Source: Phallusia mammillata (taxonomy: Eukaryota). Taken from it: DNA of 64,000 bases. Each line of letters starts with the position of its first letter. Position 1 is the stretch's first letter. The stretch covers positions 29,078,001 to 29,142,000 of the forward strand of contig OZ281496.1 in NCBI GenBank assembly GCA_965637545.1. Direction: 5' to 3'. The translations under genes and the position numbers were made by a program. This document shows, in pieces, positions 23,701-35,901 of the stretch. The notes under the pieces were generated by a model, which was given only the letters and a program-made list of their open reading frames with translations, was not told where the DNA came from and did not search any database.

Positions 23701-26700
23701 ATTGAAGTAAAATAACCGAAGGGCTTTAATAGATTTTTGTATAGTGCTTGGTACATTTCCAAACAGCTAAGTGTGATTATTTTCAGTCGTGGAATATTGG
23801 ACGTGTCCCCAGCAATCGAGGTTTCTGGCAGTTTTCGTTCAAATCTCGTAATTTGCCTCATAGCGGTTTGGATCCTGGCTTATTTAGCCACGTTCAAGGG
23901 CATCAAGTGGACGGCTAAGGTGTTTCATTTCTCTTGCTTATGATTTTTCCCCTGTGGTGCCTCGACAATGTACAGATAAAACTTAATTGAAACAGCACAT
24001 GCCAAAATGTGTGTTTGCACCCGTAAGCCAATGGGTCTGAACCTTTCATAGATCGTGGACCCCTTTAAATAACCCTCGGTAGCCGTGACCCCTGCTCATC
24101 ACAAATTGCAGATGAAAAACTTACCAAACTACATAGTAGACGCTATACAATGTAAACTTTGTTCAAAAATAGGTCTTTTATGATCTTTACTGGTCATATT
24201 CCCACAGCTTAATGGTCATTTCCCACCTGGTTGGGAACCACTGACTTAGTATCATTTGGCGGATGTTTTTAGTGATATTTCACCCCTGGTCGCTCAGAAT
24301 ACAGGGCGTGGGCCCACTGGTGGGCCAAGGGCTCTGGATTAGGACATTAATATGAGTGTACCGTGATCGCTGGTCTGCAAAGACGCTTGTGGGCTGATTC
24401 CAGTTATGAATTTATGTGCATCTTAACTTAACATGTTTTGTTTCTATTAGATCGTATACGTAACAGCCACATTTCCTTTCTTACTGATTATCGTCATTTT
24501 GATTCGCGGGCTAACACTAGAGGGCGAATCACTCGGCTTAAGGTACTACGTCATTCCTGACATGACAAAGATTGCTAATCCGGAGGTAAGGTTGTTGTTT
24601 TCGTTTGTTAAGGCAAAAATATGAAACGTTTAATAGTTTTATCTAGTTTAATAGTTTTATAAAAAGTGTTTTTCAAAAAGTGACAAAATTTTGTGTAACG
24701 TGTTTTAGCAATTAGAGCGGCCCAATGGACGGAAAAAGCGACGAGCTTTAATAGTCAACGGTTTTGAAAAATGATCATGCCATCAACAGTAATATGGGGG
24801 GGGGGGGGGGGGGGGCTTCATCACCCGTTTATTTCATCACGAGGGGCTTCATCACCCGTTTATGACCACGGGGGACCTAATACAAAAACTAAGAACGCAA
24901 TTTTTAGCTTTAACTTATATTTCACATAACAGGTATGGGTTGCAGCAGCTACTCAGGTAATTTATTCTTATTCCGTCGGATCGGGAATCCTAACAACACT
25001 TGGAAGCTACAACAAATGCCACCATAATTTCTGGAGGTAAGTTCTTCTTCAAAACTACAGTGCAAGTCTTTTCAATTTTTATTTTACGTCTTGCTTAGGA
25101 GACTGACTTGATTAGGTCGTGGCGTAGTATGATTTATCATTTTAAATTCTTTTTGCATTAGTATTTAAAATAGACGTTGACAATGCAGTAACAGAGTATA
25201 TTGGTCTTAGTCAAAAAGCTAGCAATCTTTTCATCTAGGGAACAAACGCATTGATATTTGTGTTACAGAAAGAGAAGTTGTATGTCAGGCCGGGCTTTTC
25301 GCGCCTAGGTTTAATTAAAACGGCCTGACATTACTCTCATCATCACTTGGCCGCAATCGCACCAACTTTCAAGCCTAAAATGGGCCCTTCTACAACTCTG
25401 GCACATGAGCAAATGTAGTGCTTTATTCTTGCTGGTTTTTACCAGCGACTGTTTTTTTACTGTATATTTCAAGACACCAAATTGTTTTTGCAAACGTTTG
25501 CAATTACAGGGACGCAGCTATATTCTCCATATTTAACACTATGACAAGTTTTGTGAGTGGACTGGCGATCTTCTCCACTCTCGGGTTTATGGCAAACTAC
25601 CAGGTATTTGAGCAGCTTACTATAAAGACACTTAGTAGAAACAGTAATGTCAACAATAAATAAACCAACCACTGTTTGGTTATTTCATCGAACTTACAAG
25701 TTTAAAAGAGAAACAATCAAGCCAGCATATTTGAATGGAACATGACGTAAAAGTCCCGAGCTAAAGATGGACCAAAATTCGACCATCTGAGCTTATTCAA
25801 CACCTGACCTTATAATCTCTTTTTGTTTTTACCTGTACGTGGTTTCATGTTGTTTTCATGCTGTTTTTTCTGCTTTTACTGGTTTTACGTGCTGCTTGGT
25901 TTTTACAATCATTTCATTTGAAAGTTGCCGTCGAAACGCCATGTTCTTTACAAATGTATTGGCTTGTTGGTTTCTTGTTAAAATTGTCAAAACCGTGAAT
26001 TGTGTAAATTACAAGTTAAGATTTTTTTTCTTTTTCTTTCTGGACACACTTTTCATTCGTTTTTACCTAAATTACTTTTTCAATTTAACGCTACAGAACA
26101 CAACAGTCGAGAAAGTTGCAAGCTCCGGACCAGGGCTTGCGTTTATCGCCTACCCAGAAGCATTGTCACTCTTACCACTACCCCAACCGTGGAGCACCCT
26201 GTTCTTTCTCATGATTATTTTCATCGGCTTTGACTCAATGGTAAGGACAGGGACAAAACAGTACAAACACTTGCCCACAATCGTACCAGAGCAGTAAAAA
26301 TGTATGAAATCAAAATGTCACACTGGACACAACGTTGAAAATGATCCTGGCCGAAAACAACACTGTCAGAACACAACAGAGTTGTAAGTGGGGCCGACGT
26401 CCGGACTTGATGTAACAAGTTAGAGGCCCGAAATTATCAGAAATTTCGACACGATTGAGCCTAACTGTGTTAAGTAAGGTTGGAATCGTTAGATTCAAGT
26501 TTAATCAAACACGATACAAAAATCCCGGCCTCACTTACAACTCTGGTAAAGAGTAAGTGTTCTTATAAAAAATGTTCAAGCCAAAATCTAAAAAGCTTAA
26601 ATTATAACCCTACAATACACTCAAATTTGTAGAGCTCTTCTGGCAAATGTAATTTGATTCCGACGTTTCGACGTCCTATACAGGTCGTCTTCATCAGGGA

Positions 26701-28731
26701 AACAATACACTATTGTGAAACAATATGTTCAAGATCTCTCCTCTATATTTATTTGTTTTTAAAGCGACATTTGTGGACATTGCCATGCAACGCACTGATT
26801 TGACCATTTTTACAGTTTATTGCCCAAGAGACCATCATGGCAATTTTATTTGACAACATCCTAGTCTTGCGCAAGAGAAAAGAACTCTACCATGCTATTG
26901 TGTGCTTCTTAATGGGATGTATCGGACTTACAATGGTAACGCAGGTAAGACGCCAGCCAACGGTTATCGTCAGCAAACTTCACAAGAGCAAATTTGCCTC
27001 GGTAGCAGAAAAGAGTCTGAATGAATATTTGCTTACTGATTCAAATCTTTCAAAAACATCACGTAACGCATCCTTATGAATTTAAGATATATAAATATTT
27101 CGCCTATGCGGCATCATTGGTAGTATAAGCAAGCACAAAGATATATATCTTGAATCTATACGGATGAAAGACTTGATGTTAAATAAATTTGAATCAATAA
27201 GCATAAGGTTCATTGCAATCTTTGGTCACAAAGCAATGAGCTGAGAGGCTCTAGTTAAAAGTTTGAAGTATACAGTATCGATACTTCAAGGAACTTCACT
27301 TTATAACAGTCATATACAATTTTGCAAGATCAATCTCTTAGTTACAAAAATTCTGCATGATCATTAGCTGGGTCAAACTTTTATTCATTATTTTAAACAG
27401 GGTGGAGTTTATGTGTTCGAGATCTTTAACAACTACGGTACTTCAGGCTGGTGTATGTTCCTTATTACTGCAACAGAATGTGTGGCAATTGATTGGGTGT
27501 TCGGCTTCGAACGTTACTGGGTGGAAATAAAGAACATGATCGGGGAACAAAGAGGGAAATATTGGCTACTGGTATCTTGGAAATTTGTGGCACCTATCAT
27601 ATGCATTGTAAGTACCTGATGCTAAAGTTTTACTTGCAGTTACAGCGACTTTGTTGTACTTGCTAATCCGTACTTGGCCTACGCGTAATTGGTTGCGTCA
27701 CCAGCCTGGCGTCATACAAGTGTATGGTCATGTTATAGGATCAAATTCATAAAACTCTTCCGGCAATTGTACTTTTATACCGACGTTTCGACTTCCTGTA
27801 AAGATTACTTCATCAGGGCAAACAACACTGAGTGTGCGCATATGTACTTAATATTTTGCCTGACAGCAACAACTTGTATATGTTTTGAGTGTTTTGTAAT
27901 CGTGGACCTAGTTTTCAAAAGTGGCTTGTCTTGTTATGGACGTTGTGGTTTTCGGACAAGTTTTATACTTGAAGTTTTACATAATAAACATGTGAAGAAA
28001 CAAAATTTGGTATCAAAAGTGCCTGATACGTCGCTTTTATCAAACTCCAGCTATTTAGGTTTAACGTTTTATTTGCTTTTTAGATTATAGCGGGTTACTA
28101 CGTGACAATGCATAAACCACTACGTTATCGAGATTACGTATATCCACCATGGGCACAAGCAATCGCCCATCTCATGAGCTTCAGTTCAGTTATAATGATC
28201 CCGACATATGCGATCTACAGCACCTACACCACGTGGAAGAACGGAGGAAGCTTCCGAAAGGTAAAACGAAGTTAGGCAACCTTGACCATGCAAACTTAAT
28301 GAATAAGTTCACGAAAAAACACGAATTTCGACAAGAAACGATTGATAAAACGCTGCGACGAATCTATTCACTATATACAAGTTATCTGAAATTTGTTTCT
28401 ATAAATCACGTGGTACCGAATCTAGCCGGTCTCCCTAGCATTCTTAAATAACAAGGCATGGACTAGAAAAAACTAATCACCGGTCTGCTTGTACGCTTTC
28501 GGGCTGATCGTAACTGTTTCTATAAGAAATAAGACCCAGACTTGGAACAACAAAATATAAAACGACGGCATATAGCCACATTGTAAACAAACCATTAAAA
28601 ACACACAGTACTATATATAACACGCAAAGTTTCCATTGACCAGTGCAGACAAAACTAATACGATTTTTATGTTCTAGTTGCTTGGACAACAACCTAACGA
28701 AATTGTGAAGGAATCTAGAAGGGTGGTTTAG
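20707..28731 (+). CDS. SLC6 paralog 3, 12 exons, 590 aa
   Basis: Exons 20707-20872, 22117-22248, 22904-23201, 23787-23919, 24451-24585, 24933-25036, 25510-25603, 26097-26240, 26816-26944, 27401-27607, 28084-28260, 28678-28731. Exons 2-11 have the same sizes as paralog 2; total 1773 nt; no stops. Confidence 0.9.
21077..21128 (-). ncRNA. Minimal type I hammerhead ribozyme, family A (intact)
   Basis: Minus strand UUAUUUACC-CUGAUGA-A-GACGACCU guau AGGACGUC-GAAAC-GUC/GGAAUAA. Predicted cleavage between 21084 and 21083; stem III is the loopless palindrome ACGU. Confidence 0.85.
21295..22002. mobile_element. hAT-type MITE (TAGGGTTG) inserted in a hammerhead core
   Basis: TIRs TAGGGTTG / CAACCCTA; TSD GTCGAAAC at 21287-21294 and 22003-22010; TTATCCGGATA/TTAACCG subterminal repeats. 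Confidence 0.9.
22320..22560 (+). mobile_element. Diverged solo terminal repeat of the Penelope family found at 53897-55833, with decayed hammerhead
   Basis: GAACTGATGATGCCACATCGGCGATAAG..CCAAGGATTT..GGTTTTACTGTATT..AAACAGTGATCGTCAGTTTAAG.CATGCTGTTGATGGTTTTGATCTATTACTAAAGTT matches the reverse complement of about 53897-54120; GAAA has become GAUA. Confidence 0.85.
26622..26701 (-). mobile_element. 80-bp ribozyme-only family A insertion
   Basis: 10-bp TSD ACAATACACT at 26612-26621 and 26702-26711 around the family A core and a short tail. Confidence 0.75.
26654..26705 (-). ncRNA. Minimal type I hammerhead ribozyme, family A (intact)
   Basis: Minus strand UUGUUUCC-CUGAUGA-A-GACGACCU guau AGGACGUC-GAAAC-GUC/GGAAUCAA. 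Predicted cleavage between 26662 and 26661. Confidence 0.85.
27745..27830 (-). repeat. Family A hammerhead unit with intact core nucleotides but decayed stem II
   Basis: Minus strand CCCUGAUGAAGUAAUCUUUACAGGAAGUCGAAACGUCGG; not seen in the paralogous intron 10 of copy 2. Confidence 0.7.
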
Positions 28732-29681
28732 CACATATTGCCCTTGAATATACACTATAACCTATTTTCAAACATTAATATATATGTCCTACCGTTATTT
28801 TATATTGGGTCCCTTATCATGCACTGTATTTTATAATCTTGGTTGTTTCTGCAAGCAGAAACGCATGGGTCCTCACACAAGCAAAGTTGTTTGATATTGT
28901 AACGTCAAACACAGTAATTGGTACTGTACATCAATTATTATGCTATATGGAATACTACCTATTTAAATTCATTCCATTCACATAATATTAAAGGTTTATC
29001 CATTTTATGGTATATCTGAGAAGAGTTAAATAGCGAGAAAATAGGCTAAAACACAACAATTAGCTCCTATTAATGGCAAATTGCACAGGATTGTAGGAGG
29101 CTAACAATCGACACCTGTACATGGTATACTCTACAACAGGGGTGGGCAACCTGCGGCCCTTTTTTAAAGGTTGTGCGGCCGGCAGAGACGCTTGGATTTC
29201 AAATGTACTGGCAAACGAGATTCGAACTATTATATATTTTTGAGCTGATTAATACGCCCGATGCTATTTTTCTGCGACCTGGCATTATGAAGCTAGAATC
29301 AAATACGAATTATGCCTGTAGTTAAGCATATTTGGCACGCAACAAAGCAAAATCACTTTGTGTTATACCAGGGGTCGCCAACCCGCGGCTCCGGAGCCGC
29401 ATGCGGCTCTTTGATCCCTCTGATGCGGCTCAGTTTTTGAATTTACCAAATGTTGTACATTTGAATAAAAATTATGTGACGATTATTCCGAACACAAAAG
29501 TCGAACACGAAAATTCCCATCTCTATACCATCAAACGTGAAGTCTGAAAGAGGCAAACTGGCGGCGCGCAGGTTAATACGCAATATGAGACAATACTGTT
29601 TTTGTTTACAGTGTGTGTGCGCGCGTAACAATAGCTGTTTGTTAATTGTTACGTAACAAACGCGTTAACAAAGGAATACAA

Positions 29682-29854
29682 GTTTGCAGCCGCGCGATCT
29701 TGTTATCGCTGTTTTACATGTGTGTGTTTTGCATTTTGTCGCTTTAAAAGAAATTGTCTTGCAAGTTATGTCATTATCCTGATGAAGGCGTCTTGTATAG
29801 GACGTCGAAACGTCGATTGTTTACAATAAAACTGCTGGATGAGCAATACTTGGT
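29682..29854 (+). mobile_element. 173-bp family A' hammerhead-bearing insertion
   Basis: 13-bp TSD CAAAGGAATACAA at 29669-29681 and 29855-29867. Confidence 0.75.
29771..29822 (+). ncRNA. Minimal type I hammerhead ribozyme, family A' (intact)
   Basis: AUUAUC-CUGAUGA(29779-29785)-A-GGCGUCUU guau AGGACGUC (8 paired positions)-GAAAC-GUC(29812-29814)/GAUUGU. Confidence 0.85.
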
Positions 29855-30963
29855 CAAAGGAATACAAATCTGCAAAAAAAGAATATGCAACGCTACGTAA
29901 AGTTGTTTTCTCTGCTGACGAGACTAGTATACCAGTGTGTCTAATATGCAATGAAACACTAGCTAACAACAAAAAGTCGAATGTCATACGACTAAAAACG
30001 TTTTGCATTTTATTTTAAATTTTAAAACGACTTTGTGGCTCCCAGTGTTTTTTACTACGTGAAACTGGTCCGAGTGGCTCTTTGAGTAGTAAAGGTTGGC
30101 GACCCCTGTGTTATACATATGCAGGTGCGGCCCGCGATCCAATTTTGACATTTGTAATTGGCCCCACAGAATAACAAAGGTTGCCCGCCCCTGCTCTACA
30201 AGCTGGCCAAATTTCATTCAATTCAGACATTGTTTGAAAACTTGACCCTTTTTAGGGGGCTAGAGGTGTAAATATTGGGGCCACAGGGTTAAATACAACC
30301 ATTAACACTATAAATGATAAATTCTACAAACTGTCCAAACGTCATTTAATTTCAACACCGTTTAAAAAACTCAGACATTTTAGGGGTTTAGTGGGGTAAC
30401 TGATGGGGTTCAACACCCAAAAGTATAATATATAAAACTACAATGACCCAATCAATAGATATGTACAATTTTATCCAAATCGGAAAACGTAAAATTCTGG
30501 GGACCCATAATACTTCAGCGGAATATAAAATCTTTTGAAACTTTTTCAACAATTTTTCTGCACAGTGAATAGGTAATTGTAAACGCCATCAAAAGACAAA
30601 ACCATGGCACATATGAGCGAAGTGTTACCCATATTATTTTAATCAGGGTTGCCACATCGTCTTAATTTCTAAGATTTGTCCTTATTTTGAAGGGCAACGC
30701 GTCTTAGAAAAATATAGTGTCCCTATTTCCAGGAAATGTGCATTTTTGACTTACGTCTTATTTTGTCTTATTTTCGACAATTACAAGTCAAATTCCTGCC
30801 ACAAGTGAAAGCAAACCTATAAACCTGAGCTGTCGTGAGATGCACGAAGTATTTTCTATAAACAAGGAGTTGCTGGAACAGATTTCATGACCAAAATATT
30901 GCAAATTATATGTCATGGCTCGTATAAATGCAAAGATTTATTCAAAAACGTTTGTTTCAGCTG

Positions 30964-31460
30964 AGTTGTGTTGTTTCACAGCAGGCCTGAGGGCGGCCCG
31001 CGTAGTCCTAAGGGCGAGTTGGTATAGGTGACCCCTGTGACCTTGTATATTTTTTTAAATATACGTGAACTGTAAATAAGATACACCGCTTCAGTGGTCA
31101 GTTAAACCAAGTAAGCCAAAGTTTGAAAGTTATTTTAATCAAGAGCGATTGAAGCGTGTAAAAGTATATAGCACATCACACTAAAACAGTCTTTGATTTA
31201 CAGGTGCACTTTTCGTGCTATGTTTATGACAACAATACAAGTGTTTATAACTACACACTTTATGACAACACTACAAGTTGTGTTGTACTTTCAATGCAGG
31301 CCTGAGGGCGACTCGCTCTGTCCTAAAGAGATGTTTGTATAGGTGGCCGCGAATATATATATATAGACGTGAATGCTAAATAAGGTACAACGCTTTAGCG
31401 GTCAGTTGAAACAAGTCAGCAAAGTTTTGGAAGTTGTTTTAACCAAAAGCGATTCAGAGG
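30964..31460 (+). promoter_or_regulatory. Tandemly duplicated proximal upstream region (period about 315 bp) of the first LU-sushi-VWA gene
   Basis: GCAGGCCTGAGGGCG..GTATAGGTG..ACGTGAA..AAATAAG.TACA.CGCTT.AG.GGTCAGTT.AA.CAAGT.AGC.AAG at 30981 and 31296; the second copy runs into the ATG. Regulatory role is inferred from position only. Confidence 0.45.
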
Positions 31461-31469
31461 TCAGAAATT

Positions 31470-34400
31470 ATGAGGCAGTTGTTTATTGCGTTGCTTCTTG
31501 CAATGTGTGTCGGCTATTCATACGGTAAGTTTGAATACATCGTGTCATAGCATAAAGTGTTAATACAAGCCGTTATTGCAAAAAAGATCTTGCCTTAAAT
31601 ATTTCTAATCGTGTGTTGTGTGAATATTAGCCTGTCAAGAACAAAAACAACGGCCTCTTTTATACCAACTCGTATTTGCGAGAATTTATTATACAACAGC
31701 TTTTAACCTGAGCAAAAAAACAAAACCAAAACAACGAAATGTTATCCAGGTCTACTTTGCTTGAAATGCACGAACGCAGCTAGCTTGGCTGAGTGTGAAG
31801 CCAAAGGATCAATGGTTCAATGCACCAATCAACAGGTAAAACACCAAAATTGGTTTTAACTTAAAAAATAGTGTGAGAAATCCTGAAAAAATAACATTTC
31901 CCAACCCCAACTCAGTTAAAACAATAAAACTTTGCAACAATCTGAATTAGATGTGTATCTAAAATCGCATTTTCTTCAACAGTCGTGCCAAAGCGTTGTC
32001 CGAAAACACAACGGCAAAACTTTGATCACCAAACGCTGCAAACAGACGACCGCTTGCTTAAACAACATGAAACAGGTATTTATTTTTAGCCAATGCGGCC
32101 TATGTCTCGTAGCCAACTGAACTTATGAGGCTTTATACGTCCTAACACTGTCTGCAGCTTACTTATTATTCATCGACTGTTTTATGTCAGTATAAAACAA
32201 TTCATGTGTTTTCTTACCTTGTTAAAACAAACAAAAAACAGATTTGAAACGTTAATTGATACTTCTTGCAAAAATTAAGCAACCAACTTCATTCGTACGG
32301 AGTTCAAAAGCTGGACGCTCCATATACTTTGCCTTAATGAGATTTTATGTATCCGCGCAGACCATTCGGTCAAAAAGGACAACAACGCTTCATCATTTAT
32401 TGCAACAAAAAACCGTTAACATTTTTTAGAATCTCAGACCATTTGGAAAATCAACCCAATGTAATGACGATGAGATTAACTCAGTTTGCACATGCTGCTG
32501 CGATAAGGATAATTGCAACAAAGGACCGTTAGACTGTGTCAAAGAACAAGACACAAAACCAATCAAGGGTGAGTATTATGAAGGAGTGCACAAATACAAC
32601 TTTTATATTACAAAAGGTCTTCGCTTTTATTAGACCTTTTTTAAATACTTTATGAACCATAAACCCCTACCGATCTGGAACTGTTGATTGTTTGGGTTAT
32701 AGTTTGTGCTGATACATCCATGTAGGAATTGGATATAAAGCACATGTGTCAAATCATAAGGCGTAATTTTGCTTGTGTCACAAAATTACCATCATTACAA
32801 TATTAAGTTCTTGAAGAAAAAAAGTTTAACTATCTTGTTATGCAGCGGCTAACGACGTGACGTGCCAACAACAAGGTGTGCTTCCTCACGGCGAAGCGAG
32901 TTGCTCGGATGAAAACAAACAAGGCTCAACTTGCGAGTTTCGTTGCACTTCACCCAACTATTCTATATACCCGTCTGGTGCGGATAAAAACCAGTGTGGA
33001 GCCAATGGACAGTGGAGTCAACCAAAACCCTGTTGCGCCAGTGAGTGTTTTCTATTTTCTGTTGCAGTTCTGCTTACTACATTCGTTTGTTTTTTAAAGC
33101 AGAATTGTAAAACGGGCCGGATTTTTACAGTCAGGTTCGGTTTCGAGTTTAAATTCAAACTAAACGGGCTTGATAAGAGCCTGAATTCGTATTTGGCATC
33201 AAATGTGACTTATTATCACTTTCGGGTCTTGTTATAAAAGGCCAGGGTTTGGGCTTGCATTTTCGGGTTTTGGTCAATTTTAAGTCAGCTTACACCTATG
33301 CAAGGTTAATGCAACAAAGAAAAGGACACATGGAAACCAAACAAACTTTATGCTGAATTCCAATGCAAACTTTAACGCAGACATCGTTATAATCTACAAA
33401 ACCGATGGACAGGTTATTATAACAATGTCAAGTGTCATACAAAACTTTGCGTAAACATTTTCGCGCCTAGCGTAAACATTTATCCTAACTTACAAGCTAA
33501 AACAAACCGGAATGGAAGTTTACAATATCGACGTGTTTAACTTAAACATCATCAAGTTGTTTTTTACTCGTTACTTTTAGGGCCGTGTCCACCGTTTTTC
33601 CTGTTCGACGCTGCAATACTTCACCACGTTTCGGATAAAAGAAGTTATCCAGTCGTTCAAGCTATTCGCATTAACGTGGTAAGGTGAGTAAATCGCTAAG
33701 ACCGGCATTATATTAACTCCAGCGTTAAGCAACATCGCTATCGATGAACAAAATCACAGTTGGAACTTCCTACACCAGGTTATGAAACGGCGTCAGCGTT
33801 TTCATACGTCATAAAAGGTGAACAAAGCGTGTTTGTAGTATGATAAAAAATCACACTAGTTGTTATATGGTACATACAGAAGGTATACGTGTTTGCCTTG
33901 AACCAAAACCATCATTAAACACAAGGTTTATCAAACTTTTTCACCCAAAAGTAAACTTCTAAATTAAAATAACCAACATCTTCTTGCACACCATAATATG
34001 AATGTAAACAAAAATTACTTATGAAATGATCTCATTAAACAAATAGGTTTCGTTATCTTGTGGCGCGTTTGCACCAGTAAGTCCTTGCGCACTATTTAAA
34101 AACTACTGATATAATACGTTCAATTTCGTAGGCCTGTTTAAATATAAATAAAACTCATCTTCTACTAAACCTCAACTTAACTGTGTGTAGTATATTATAA
34201 ATCACGAGTCACCAGAGCCTCAGTACGACAGATGGAGACAACAGGCGCGTATAATAACAGATTGAAAACTTTCATAAGTCTGAAGTTGTCCACCGTTTTT
34301 TTATGTTTAGCTATACATAATTCACTTAAGTAATAGGCATCATCAGTATCTAAAAACAACCTCAACTTAGAAACATAATTTTAACACATTACTTTATGCA

Positions 34401-35901
34401 AAGAGACAACATGGACATCAACTATGACACTGGAAAACTTGCTGGGTTATTCTACAACAGCGAACCCGTTCTTGAGACGCAATACAACTATAATGAATAC
34501 AACGACAAGACGCAGCTAATCCAGTTGGCTGTTGAACGGGTCAAACCAACTAATTCAGGTTTGTCCAGTCCATATTTGAGTAGAAACTTAAATTACTGCA
34601 AAGTTCATTTGGGTTTTAGTCAGAAATGCAAACTTTACAAAACTAAATCAACCCTTTTAAGTAGTAATATTAAACGCGTTAATATCCTGCAACAATTAAC
34701 ATTGTCTCGAATACTAGACAGTCAAACGCCACACCAAAATACCTACATTATTTTACAATATTTTAATACCTACAATTTAAAAAAATCTTAATTACCCATG
34801 TACTTTAAAAACGCAGTCAAAAACATATCAATAGCGAAATAAAACAACTCTTATTAAACAAGTTCTGAATCAAATTCTGAATTACCTTAAACTTGCTCTG
34901 TTGCGACATCAAGAGGATGCAATCGTGAACACCGGACGGGCGATGAAGTACGCCATCAATAACATGTACCTGGCAGAGATGGGGGCAAGAGATTCAAGAG
35001 TTCCAAAGATTATGGTGATCATCACCGATTCAAACTCAGATGACAATGTTAAAGAAGCAAGCGATGCAGCAATTCAGGCTGGAATTACGGTTAGTGTTGC
35101 TTTCTGTATTAAAAAGGGGTTAAACAATTCGAGATCATCAAAAGATAGACCTTCACAGTGCTCTAATAATGCAATATCACAAAGCATATATGTGAAGGCT
35201 ACTTGTAATAACGCATTTTAAAGAATGCTAACATTTTATTACATTCATGATTGCAGCGGTGACGTGGTTTTAAACCATCGTTTTGGAACATTGGTTTAGC
35301 TAAGCACAAAGTAATGGAAAAATTACTTCCTATAATTTTGTGTGATAAGACAAACGTAAAACTGAGGTATAGTGTTCTAGTAATGCAATATCAACATAAA
35401 TATTGTTAAAATTTGCCAAATCCTGTCCGTACAACAAACCCCGCCATATGCGGAAAGTGTAAAAAAGTTTAAGATGTGCGGAGATGATCCTGCAAATTGA
35501 CACGGTATTTGACTCCACACTTTATAACATATTTATCACAGTTTCTGAACAATAAAGTGTTGAGTATGGTTTATTTATTATAAACAATCGAAGTTTCGAC
35601 GTCCTATACAAGACGCAATAATCAGGATAAAACTGCTGGATGAGCAATACTTGCTTATACATTATGACTGGCAGCAGTAGCCTATTTAACAAAGTATTGT
35701 TCTTTACAGCCCTACATTTTTGCCATCGAACATCCCGACTGGCCATTGAACAGAACACAAATGATAGAAGTTGCTGGAACTGCAGACAGAACCTACTTTC
35801 TTGCTGGAGAGGACGCGAATATGATGAAATTTGTTGATGATTTGACAGCTTCATTCTGCGAAAATCCATGTGACCACGTGCTTCATGAACACGAGAAATA
35901 A
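31470..35901 (+). CDS. Secreted Cys-rich (Ly6/three-finger-like) + sushi/CCP + VWA protein, paralog A, 9 exons, 397 aa
   Basis: Exons 31470-31524, 31750-31835, 31983-32075, 32430-32568, 32846-33040, 33581-33683, 34404-34558, 34914-35089, 35710-35901 (1194 nt, phases consistent). Signal peptide MRQLFIALLLAMCVGYSYG; ..VCTCCCDKDNCN; CCP CSDENKQGSTCEFRC..W..PKPCC; VWA NTGRAM..GARDSRVPKIMVIITD. Confidence 0.88.
35575..35695. repeat. Decayed family A' unit (inverted ribozyme half + tail)
   Basis: GTTTCGACGTCCTATACAAGACGC (minus arm) abutting AAAACTGCTGGATGAGCAATACTTG..TATG.CTGGCAGCA.TAGC.TAT (plus tail). Confidence 0.7.

Larger units (their letters stand above)
29369..30108. mobile_element. hAT-type MITE (CAGGGGTCGCCAACC), nested
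   Basis: TIRs CAGGGGTCGCCAACC / GGTTGGCGACCCCTG; TSD TGTTATAC on both sides. Confidence 0.9.
29137..30193. mobile_element. hAT-type MITE (CAGGGGTGGGCAACC), outer element of a three-level nest
   Basis: TIRs CAGGGGTGGGCAACC / GGTTGCCCGCCCCTG; TSD CTCTACAA on both sides. Confidence 0.9.
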
